This document shows, one piece after another, positions 19,331-27,490 of a stretch of DNA of 64,000 nucleotides (position 1 is the first letter of the stretch; each line of letters starts with the position of its first letter). This DNA is from Candidatus Latescibacterota bacterium (GTDB taxonomy: Bacteria; Latescibacterota; UBA2968; UBA8231). The stretch spans positions 1-64,000 of the forward strand of contig CBDAOB010000005.1 of NCBI GenBank assembly GCA_965197905.1, in the 5' to 3' direction. The notes under the pieces were generated by a model. It saw nothing but the letters and a program-made list of their open reading frames with translations, did no database searches and was not told the origin of the DNA. Both the position numbers and the translations under genes were made by a program.

Positions 19331-20367
19331 AAGTGGAGTCGATCGTGGACAATCCATACGTACATCGGCGTCCCGTAACGGGTAGCGCGGGTTTCTTCAA
19401 CCGCACCTCAGAGATCAGGCGCATTTCATCGCGGGTGGCGGCGGACCGACCGCAATCGGTCTCCATCGTCGGCGAGCCGGGTATCGGCAAGACTTCCCTG
19501 CTCAACTGGTTGTGTGATCCCACTTCCCAGGCTGAGTATCTAGACAACCCCGCATCCTATGTGACGTTGCTTCTCAGCCTTGGAACCGAATCACCTCAAA
19601 GCCCTGAAGCCTTCTTTTCCCTTGTGAAGGAGGTTCTCGAATCCACCGACGGCGGAACGATGGCACCCAGCTACGGCGGGTTTAACGAGCTTGTTAAACT
19701 GTTGATGCAGGAGCAAAGGAAGCTGGTGCTGTTCTGCGACGACTTCGGCGTTATCACCCAGAACAGGAACTTCCCGCTGGACTTCTTTTCGTTCATGCGC
19801 TCTTTGGCCAACAGCAACGACATCGGTTATGTGACTACGTCCTCGGCACCCCTGCAAAAACTGTGCTACACGCAGGACATCGAGGAGTCCCCTTTCTTCA
19901 ACATCTTCACGACAGTCAATCTCGAATCGTTCAAAGCCGATGAATCGAGGCGTCTGGTGGAGGAGCCGGCACAAGCGGCGGGCAGTCCCTTCGGTCAGGA
20001 AACGGACTGGGTGCTGGAACTGGGTGGTAACCTGCCCTATCTATTGCAGGCTACGGCCAGCATTGCGTTCGACGCCCGGGCAAACGGCGGAATCCAACAC
20101 AAACGTTTGGGTGATGCCGCTGCCAAGGAAGTGCAAGGATACCTGGAAACCTTGTGGAACGAAGCGTTTTCGGAAGTGGAGCAGGAGGTGATGCGTCGTC
20201 TCTCCAATGGCAAACCTATAGAGCGCCGTTTGGAGTTTGCCGCCGAGGCACTGGAACGCAGCGGTCATCTGCGAAAAGCCGGCTCCAGCTATGAGATTGC
20301 CGCAGGCCTGTTCTCTCGTTTCGTCAAGAGCCGGAGCGGCAGTCTGCTGAAACGTCTGTTCGGGTAA
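19327..20367 (+). CDS. Stand-alone STAND-like ATPase (degenerate Walker B)
   Basis: NPY..FFNR, GEPGIGKT, LFCDDFG, SPFFNIF, GGNLPYLLQ. Confidence 0.85.
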   Translation: MKVESIVDNPYVHRRPVTGSAGFFNRTSEIRRISSRVAADRPQSVSIVGEPGIGKTSLLNWLCDPTSQAEYLDNPASYVTLLLSLGTESPQSPEAFFSLVKEVLESTDGGTMAPSYGGFNELVKLLMQEQRKLVLFCDDFGVITQNRNFPLDFFSFMRSLANSNDIGYVTTSSAPLQKLCYTQDIEESPFFNIFTTVNLESFKADESRRLVEEPAQAAGSPFGQETDWVLELGGNLPYLLQATASIAFDARANGGIQHKRLGDAAAKEVQGYLETLWNEAFSEVEQEVMRRLSNGKPIERRLEFAAEALERSGHLRKAGSSYEIAAGLFSRFVKSRSGSLLKRLFG

Positions 20368-20376
20368 GGGATTACC

Positions 20377-22022
20377 TTGAAGATTCCGCGCAATCCGTAT
20401 CTCAATTGTTCGATGATCCGTTCGCCCGAAGCTTTCTACGGGCGGCGCAAGGAAGTGATGCGCCTGGCAACCCGCATCGGCGCGGATCCACCGCAGTCAG
20501 TGGCCATTGTCGGCGATCGCCGCATCGGCAAGTCATCCCTGCTGTCGTACATCGCCCATCGCGATGTCGTCGCGGATTATCTGGATGAACCCGACAAGAC
20601 ATTGTTTCTGTTCATGGATTTCCAGGAAGAGCTGCGACTGAGCATAGCGTCGTTTATCGAGTCGGTGTTTCGCCATCTGAAGGACGAGCTACCGGCCGTG
20701 ATCCCGCAGGATCCGACTCCCGATCATCTTCAGGAAGTGGTGGCGCAGCTCCATGGGGACGGCTACCGGCTCATCCTGCTTCTGGATGAGTTCGACCGGG
20801 TTACGCGCAGTTCGAATTTCGATGCTGATTTCTTCGCCTATCTGCGATCGCTGGCTGGGCATTTCAACATTGCCTTCGTGACCTCGACGAGCCGCAATCT
20901 GCAAAAGCTTTGCCGCACGCAAGAGATCTCCGATTCACCTTTCTTCAACATCTTCTCCACCGTATACCTCGGGCCGCTGGACGCCGACGAAGCGGTCGCC
21001 CTCATTCGCGAGCGCGTCGCCTCGCGATTTCTAGAAGAGGCCGGCCCGCATTTCCAGTTCTACTGGGAGCAGATGGGCGCTGTGGAGCATGCGATCTGCA
21101 ATCAGCTGGCTACCGGTGTCGAGGTGGACGACAACCCGGAATACCAGAAACTGCTGCACCGAGGATTCGCCTTGGATAAAGGACGGCTCTTCTCCACCGA
21201 ATTCGCCAACTTCGTCCGCAACACCTATGAGCGGGAAATTGGAAAGGTTCCTCTGGAAGTGCAGGCGGAACGCGCCAGAGGCATGGAAGAAGAGCTGGAC
21301 CGGGCCCGGGAGATGCAGATGGGGTTGCTGCCGCAGGAACAGCCCCAGGCAGATGGATTCGACCTGGCGGGGCGTTGCGAACCGGCGACGCAGGTGGGGG
21401 GGACTTCTACACCTATATATGGCTGGACGAGCCGCACACCCGACTGGCGATTATTGCCGTCGACGTGATGGGGCACGGCATGCAGGGTGCCGTTACCGCT
21501 CTCCGCTTCAGTGAAACCTTGCGCTACCAGGTCAGGGCATCCAGCGACGCGGTGAAAATGCTGGCGGCATTGAATCGGGCGCTGTGCGGCACGCTCAGGA
21601 GCGGCGAGTTCGTGGGCTGCTGCGTGGCGGTGCTAAACGTGGCCGACCGTCAGCTCGAGGTCGCTGCCGCCGGGTATCATCCGCCGCTGCATTACGATGC
21701 CAGTAACGACACTGTGCGCGAGCTCGACCTGGGTAACCTCCCGCTGGGTATCAAGCCGGACACGGAGTATGCGGGCACTTCTTTCGAGCTGGGCAACGAT
21801 GACCGCTTACTCTTCTATTCGGACGGGGTGATCGAAGCTCAGGACGATCGGGAGGTGTTGTACGGAGAAGATCGGTTGCAGGAGCTGTTGCTAAACTGTT
21901 CCCACGAGGGCCTGAATTCGGAGGCGTTGCTCGATCGGCTCTATTGGGATGTAGGAAGGTTTTCGGCGAGCACCGGACAGCAGGACGATACGACCTCGAT
22001 CGCCGTGCGGGTGACCGGCTAG
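20377..22022 (+). CDS. STAND-like ATPase fused to a PP2C/SpoIIE phosphatase (frameshift in G7 run at ~21400)
   Basis: NPY..FYGR, GDRRIGKS, LLDEFD, SPFFNIF, then EELDRAREMQMGLLP. Adding one G restores QVGGDFY, followed by DVMGHG, YSDGVIE and QQDDTT. Confidence 0.85.
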
Positions 22023-22333
22023 AGCTTGATTGCGGCGACGACGACGCCGCTGAGCGCGATCATCGCGGTGAGCAGTGTGGTGAGCAGAATGGTGAACCGG
22101 GAATCGATGCGCTGGTTGAGCGAAGCACCCATTTGGTCGAAGCGGGCATGAATCCCATCGAATCGCTGGTCAACGGAAGCAGCGGCTTCGTCGAAGCGTT
22201 TATGGACCGCATCGATGCGGACATGTGTTCCGCGAATTTCCTGGCGAAGATCCTGAATATCTTGGCGCAGGTAGGAGATACCCCAGTGGAGCTCTTCGGG
22301 CGGTTGAGGTCTCATCGAATCGGCGTCGGTCAA
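22019..22333 (-). CDS. Small head/coiled-coil/C-terminal TM protein, copy 1 (DUF1640/CCDC90-like topology)
   Basis: PPEELHWGISYLRQDIQDLR, 7/11-residue stalk, RIDSRF and a hydrophobic tail. TTG start follows AAAGGA. Paralogous to 29399 and 38774. Confidence 0.75.
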   Translation of the reverse strand: MTDADSMRPQPPEELHWGISYLRQDIQDLRQEIRGTHVRIDAVHKRFDEAAASVDQRFDGIHARFDQMGASLNQRIDSRFTILLTTLLTAMIALSGVVVAAIKL

Positions 22334-22515
22334 GATTCGGGTCCTTTGCAGGTGTGCTGCGTACGAAGATACGAAAGCACAATGGGTGCTGCCAACATGT
22401 GGTGGTTTAGAGCAACTGCTGTGCCGGGTCAACCCACTCGACCAACGCCCCCAACACTCGGTTCGACATCGTTGGCGAAAGTACGCACTAGCGGCGCCTC
22501 CAGGTTCCAAGTTCC

Positions 22516-24399
22516 ATGAACGCACGGCGCCAACGCAATATGTTGATCGCGGGAGCATTCTCCCTGGTCCTTGCCTCGTGCCACAATCCGCAGCGCAAGA
22601 ACCCGTTTGATCCCGAACTCACTCCGCCGGTGGAAAACGTCGAGGCTACGCTGGATGGAACCAGCGGCATCGTCGTGGTTGAGTGGGACGCCTACGACGG
22701 CGCGCAGCCGTTTGGACGCTATCTCGTCCTGCGCAAGGTCCAGGGACTGGAAGCGGTTGATACCCTGTCGGTCATCACCGACCCCACGCTGACCCGCTTT
22801 GAAGACACCAGCATCGAGCCGGATACCGACTACATCTATCGGGTAACCGTCGCCAACATCTCAGGTTTCGCCGTCGACAGCGCCGATCTGGCGTTACGTT
22901 CCTTCCGCATTCCCGAGGTTGAGCTTGCGGAGGTGGTGGCCGACAACCTGCAGGGTACCATCATCTTGCGTTGGCAACCCTACCGCGGTCCCCGCTTTGT
23001 GAGTTACACCGTGTGGCGCCGAAGCTTCGGACAGGAGGATCAGCTGCTGGCCCTGGTCGAAGCCGTCGAGGATACGATGTGGACGGACAGCTCGACCATG
23101 CCGGAGACAGAGTACCTCTATTGGATAGAGACTTCGGCGGCCGGCATTCGACGATCCAGCGCCCGGCAGGAAGCTGTCTTCTCGTTGCCGGCGGTAACCC
23201 TTTCGAGTGCGCAGTTCAGTTCCGACTCGGCATCGGCCGATCTGCAATGGACGGCGTACCGGGGTCCTCGCTTTGCCGCCTACGAGGTGCGACGTCAATC
23301 GCGGGACCAGAACGAGCTTTCGGTGCAGGAGCTGACTGACCAAGACGTCCTACAGTTCACCGACACGAGCCTGGATGGCAACACCGAATACACCTATCGC
23401 ATTTTCGTGCGTACCACCTGGGGTTCGGACGTTGGCGTGTTCAGCGCGCCATTGAGCGGCAGCTTCTACAGCCTCGACGAAGTGCGCCAGTTACCCCTCA
23501 TCTTCGATCAGAACTCCGAGATTCAGGCAGTGGGGCTCTGCATGGATGAAGCGAATCAGCTATTCGTTGCCGCTACGGCCATTTCTACGACTACGGCAAG
23601 GGTAATGCAGGATGGTATCGGCGTCCTCTTTCCGGGAGAAACAATCTACAGAGAGTACTTCCAGGAGTTTTTGCCGAGCCGGCTGTCACCCGCGTTTGTC
23701 GCTGCCGGGTTCGGCCGGGTCTACGTCGCCTACGGCCTGGCGTCGGACGGAAGCCTCGTAGGTGCTATCGACTCGGACAAGCTAGAGGATTGGTCGATGG
23801 AAGCGGATACCGGAAGCGAGTTTCCGGTCGGACTGCATTTGGAAGAGGATGGCGAGCTGCTGATGATCGACGCGCAGGGAGGGGTGTTCGGTTTCAGTGC
23901 GGAGGGAACAGCGGCGGAGCCCAACCACCGATTGACCGATGCGCTGGAGCAGGCACTGCCGCTGCAGCACGTGGTGGTCGGACCCGGCGCCGGCCGTGCC
24001 AACAACGATCAGTTCTTTCTGCTGGCTCCCGAGCGCGACAACAACCATATCGTCGGCCGCACGCGCACCCTGTTGGGCTCGACCCAGATCTTCGGGGGTC
24101 GCTCCCCCTTCGACGACGGGGTCGGCCCTGAGGATGGTCAGACCCTCAATCCACTGGTGATGGCGTTCGACCGCTCGCGGACGCGGCTGGTGGTGCTGGA
24201 GGCACAGGGCCGTCTTCAGGTGTTCAACGCGGTCTCTGACGACGTGTCGCCGCGCTACATCACCAAGTGGGGCCGCTTCGGCGCCGGCCCGGGGGAGTTC
24301 CAGGTGTCGCCCCCCACCAGTGTCGCCATGGTCGTGGATTCAATGGGCCGTATCTATGTTGCTGACGGCGAGGAAAGAATACAAGTATTCATTCCGTAA
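22516..24399 (+). CDS. Lipoprotein with three FN3-like repeats and a C-terminal NHL-like beta-propeller
   Basis: Lipobox LVLASC. Three W..Y.G..F..Y.V.R...D.....T.Y.Y units. KWGRFGAGPGEFQ...VDSMGRIYVAD. Confidence 0.75.
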   Translation: MNARRQRNMLIAGAFSLVLASCHNPQRKNPFDPELTPPVENVEATLDGTSGIVVVEWDAYDGAQPFGRYLVLRKVQGLEAVDTLSVITDPTLTRFEDTSIEPDTDYIYRVTVANISGFAVDSADLALRSFRIPEVELAEVVADNLQGTIILRWQPYRGPRFVSYTVWRRSFGQEDQLLALVEAVEDTMWTDSSTMPETEYLYWIETSAAGIRRSSARQEAVFSLPAVTLSSAQFSSDSASADLQWTAYRGPRFAAYEVRRQSRDQNELSVQELTDQDVLQFTDTSLDGNTEYTYRIFVRTTWGSDVGVFSAPLSGSFYSLDEVRQLPLIFDQNSEIQAVGLCMDEANQLFVAATAISTTTARVMQDGIGVLFPGETIYREYFQEFLPSRLSPAFVAAGFGRVYVAYGLASDGSLVGAIDSDKLEDWSMEADTGSEFPVGLHLEEDGELLMIDAQGGVFGFSAEGTAAEPNHRLTDALEQALPLQHVVVGPGAGRANNDQFFLLAPERDNNHIVGRTRTLLGSTQIFGGRSPFDDGVGPEDGQTLNPLVMAFDRSRTRLVVLEAQGRLQVFNAVSDDVSPRYITKWGRFGAGPGEFQVSPPTSVAMVVDSMGRIYVADGEERIQVFIP

Positions 24400-24503
24400 T
24401 ATTCTGTTTACATTCTCGGGACATCCGCATTCCTTATCCCGCCGGAAGATCGCGATGACGGTCGAATACCGGCGGATTTTTCTTGTGGATACAGCGGGCA
24501 CAG

Positions 24504-25778
24504 ATGAGCCAGGAAAACAAGAGCGATTTCGAGGTTCGCCGTCAGCTTCTCCAGATGGAGATGCTTTACGAGATCGGGGTCGCGCTCAATGAATCACTGG
24601 ATCCGTCTCAAGTAGCGGAAGAGATCCTGCAGCGGGCGCTGGTGATGGTGGACGCGCGGAGCGCGATGTTACTCGTCCGCGCCGATGATTCCTTTGAAAT
24701 CCTCGGCCGTGCCGGCAGCGTGGAGGGTGCCGACGAGGTGCTCAAGCTGACTGAGGTCGCCCAGGCATGGAATGGCAGCGAGCCGGTCACCGCCACGCGC
24801 AACGCCGCCGCCTGGCAAAATCTCTGCATCATCCCGCTCCAGTGCCAGCAGCATGTGGAGGGTCTCCTTGTGGTGGCCGATCGCGAAACCCGCGATGCCG
24901 CCGTGGGACCGTTTACCGACAACGACCAGGCCTTGCTGCAGTCATTCGCCTACCAGGCTGGGGCGGCGATGCACAACGCCCGCCTGCATCACGATCTCGA
25001 AGACGCCTACGAGGAGCTCAAGAAAGCGCAGCGCAAGCTGGCGCAGCTAGAACAGCTGCGCGCGTTGGGAGACCTCGCCGCCGACATGGTGCACGCCATG
25101 GGACATTACATGGGCATTATATCAGGCCGCGCCGAGATGTTTCTCAGCTTCGGCAAGGAACCTGAAAGGAACATGCAAGCGGTGCTGGAGACCGCCGAAG
25201 AGGGCAAGGAGGTGATCGAGCGCATCCGCATGAGCACGCGGCTGGGTGTGGGTAAGGAGCGGGTCGCTGCCCATCTGTCCGAGCTGGCTGGTCAGGCGGT
25301 GGAGGATATTCAGGCGCTGTGGACCGAACGCGCCGGCGATTCCGGTCCTGCGATCGAATGGCAGCTGGAGCTGCAGCCGTTACCCGAAACCTACCTGAAT
25401 CCGACCGATATGAAGGAGGTCCTGAACAATCTGCTGCTCAACGCGCTCAAGGCGATGCCGGACGGGGGTAAGCTCACCGTAAGCTCGGTGCAACAGGAAG
25501 GGCAGATCGGGATCGACGTCACTGACACAGGCACCGGGATGACGGAGGAGACTCGCCAGCGGATTCTGGAACCCTTCTTCACCACCAAGGAAGATGTGGG
25601 AACTGGCCTCGGTCTGAGCATCGTTTACCGCATCGTCGAGGATCACGGTGGGGCACTTGAGATCGACAGCGCGCCGGGGAGGGGGAGCAGCTTCCAGGTG
25701 TATTTGCCCATGGTCACCTCACCACCGCCTGCCGAGGCGGAGGAAGATCTAGATGGTGAAACAGGTCTTGATCGTTGA
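24504..25778 (+). CDS. GAF-domain sensor histidine kinase (atypical H-box)
   Basis: GAF (FTDNDQALLQSFA..A..A..NARL), N box NLLLNA, DTGTGM, EPFFTTK, GTGLGL. H-box reads VHAMGH. Confidence 0.88.
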   Translation: MSQENKSDFEVRRQLLQMEMLYEIGVALNESLDPSQVAEEILQRALVMVDARSAMLLVRADDSFEILGRAGSVEGADEVLKLTEVAQAWNGSEPVTATRNAAAWQNLCIIPLQCQQHVEGLLVVADRETRDAAVGPFTDNDQALLQSFAYQAGAAMHNARLHHDLEDAYEELKKAQRKLAQLEQLRALGDLAADMVHAMGHYMGIISGRAEMFLSFGKEPERNMQAVLETAEEGKEVIERIRMSTRLGVGKERVAAHLSELAGQAVEDIQALWTERAGDSGPAIEWQLELQPLPETYLNPTDMKEVLNNLLLNALKAMPDGGKLTVSSVQQEGQIGIDVTDTGTGMTEETRQRILEPFFTTKEDVGTGLGLSIVYRIVEDHGGALEIDSAPGRGSSFQVYLPMVTSPPPAEAEEDLDGETGLDR

Positions 25779-26118
25779 GAACGCTCGCGAATACCGCGAG
25801 ATGCTGCAAGAAATCGTCGAGGGCATTGGTTTCGAGGCGCATGCCGCGCAGAAGGCGACCGACGCCTGGAAACTGCTGCAGACAGAAATCATTTCTCTGA
25901 TCCTATTGGATATCAAGATGCCCGGTATCCATGGCCACCAGTTCCTCCGGTACATCCGCAAGAAGGGAAAACGCATTCCTGTCATCGTGGTATCGGGGTA
26001 TTTGTCTCCCGAGGTGCTCGAGGTCCTCAAAAGGTTCGAAGTCAGTCAGGTCATCGTCAAACCGTTCAAGGTCATGCGGTTGGCTCAGGAAGTGAACAAG
26101 GTCTTGGAAGCGGCCTGA
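25753..26118 (+). CDS. Single-domain response regulator
   Basis: VLIVE, ILLDIKMPG, VIVVSG and KPF motifs. Confidence 0.92.
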   Translation: MVKQVLIVENAREYREMLQEIVEGIGFEAHAAQKATDAWKLLQTEIISLILLDIKMPGIHGHQFLRYIRKKGKRIPVIVVSGYLSPEVLEVLKRFEVSQVIVKPFKVMRLAQEVNKVLEAA

Positions 26119-26133
26119 GACGAGCATCTGCAG

Positions 26134-26994
26134 ATGGAAAAGCTCACCGGTCAACTGGTGCAGAAAGTGCCGCTTTTCTTTGGCTTTAGCCCCAAGGAGA
26201 TGAAAGCGTTTCTCAACATCTGCAAGATGGGCGAACGTCCCGCCGACGAAACCATCTGCGAGTTCAACACCACCAGTAATCGCCTCTTTGTCCTACTTGA
26301 AGGGGAGCTGGACATCCTCGGTCAAGATGGTACCCCGCTAGCAGTTCAGAAGCCGGTGTCCACGGTGGGCGAAATGGGATTTATCACCCGAAAACCGCGG
26401 ACCGCAACGGTAAAAACCCGAACCGCAAGCCAGATCCTGCGGGTCGAGCATCTCGACTTCGAAGATTTGATGGGGAGTAACGCCGGGCTGCGCGCCAAGA
26501 TCTACCGCAATATGGTGCGCATTCTTGCCGACAAGCTCAGCGATTCGAACGATCTGGTGGTTCGCTACCGCAAACTCTACGAAGCTGGTGCCCGGGCGAA
26601 GCCGGATGCCGAGATCCCGGGCGAAGATGCGGTCGAAGCCACGGCGTCCAACGGCGAGACCGCGGAGGTTGCCCCCTGCGAAGAAGCCACTGCAACAGGC
26701 CTTGAAGAGGGTTCCGAGGGAGACGCGGAACCGCAGCCGGTTGAAGCGGACAAGGAGGACCAGGATGCCGAAGCGATGCTGAGGACCTTCTACCAGCTTG
26801 CCAACCTGGAGGAGGACGGAGCGGCCCTCGAAACCGACAAGAAGTCCTACCTCGAACTGCGCAAGAGCGGTTATACCACAGCAGACATCGAATACGCCAT
26901 CAAGTGGTCGGTGCGCAACCTACCCAACATCAAGAAGTTCAACCTGGTCAAGCTCAGCATCGGCGAAGCGTTCGAAGACAAGTGGAGCATGTAG
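26134..26994 (+). CDS. Cyclic-nucleotide-binding domain protein with acidic linker and unknown C-terminal helical domain
   Basis: VPLFFGFS, LFVLLEGEL, VGEMGFITRKPRTATV. Confidence 0.82.
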   Translation: MEKLTGQLVQKVPLFFGFSPKEMKAFLNICKMGERPADETICEFNTTSNRLFVLLEGELDILGQDGTPLAVQKPVSTVGEMGFITRKPRTATVKTRTASQILRVEHLDFEDLMGSNAGLRAKIYRNMVRILADKLSDSNDLVVRYRKLYEAGARAKPDAEIPGEDAVEATASNGETAEVAPCEEATATGLEEGSEGDAEPQPVEADKEDQDAEAMLRTFYQLANLEEDGAALETDKKSYLELRKSGYTTADIEYAIKWSVRNLPNIKKFNLVKLSIGEAFEDKWSM

Positions 26995-27063
26995 GGAGGG
27001 CGGCGTCCGGAATGCCACAATGAGATTGGGGATATCGTGAATTCTGGAATAGTGGCGTTTTGT

Positions 27064-27163
27064 CCGATTTCTCCTGACCACCCGACCGCAAATCAGCTCC
27101 CGTGAGTCGTATCCTTTCCAGTAGTGACAAGCACGACGATAAGAAGTACGGTCAGGAGATCGG
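27064..27163. repeat. Intergenic inverted repeat, possible degenerate MITE
   Basis: CCGAtTTCTCCTGACC (27064-27079) versus GGTCAGGAGATCGG (27150-27163), with a perfect 10-bp core. Confidence 0.4.
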
Positions 27164-27250
27164 GCTCAGCTTGAAGCTGTGATGTCAGGTCTGCACTGAT
27201 CGCAGGACCCCTACTCGCGCGACTTGCCGGTAGTCATTCGAAGCGCGTCA

Positions 27251-27296
27251 GTCCGGAAAGCCGGAATCCAAAGTGATTCTGTCCTGAATACCGGTA
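27251..27296. promoter_or_regulatory. Paired upstream activator sites matching those at 15937/15969
   Basis: GTCCGGAAAGCCGGAA (27251) and GTCCTGAATACCGGTA (27281), 30 bp apart and ~100 bp upstream of a -24/-12 element. Confidence 0.55.
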
Positions 27297-27396
27297 ATTC
27301 AGAAGTACAGTCGACCTATGCCGGTTACTCCCAAAGTTACATAACTCTTTAATGGGTAACGCCTTATTGAGTCTCTTAAGAGGTTGCGAATGGTTG

Positions 27397-27411
27397 TGGC
27401 ACGACCTTTGC
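27397..27411 (+). promoter_or_regulatory. Sigma-54 (-24/-12) promoter
   Basis: TGGCAC-GACCT-TTGC is an exact consensus match about 80 bp upstream of the next start codon. Confidence 0.85.
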
Positions 27412-27490
27412 GAATCCGTTTCTCAAAAGCGGATCCACAAAAGCACCCCGGCCGCGTTTTACTGCTGTTACGATTGAAGGGAGAGAAGTG

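Noticed and set aside
21396..21402. Programmed frameshift or phase variation at the G7 tract
   Set aside because: Similar single-base losses occur throughout the window, including in short G runs, so sequencing error is more parsimonious. It cannot be excluded without reads.
13733..22022. Assignment to a known antiphage STAND (Avs) system
   Set aside because: There are no C-terminal TPR/WD sensor arrays and no nuclease, TIR or SIR2 effectors. The outputs are transcriptional and phosphatase domains.
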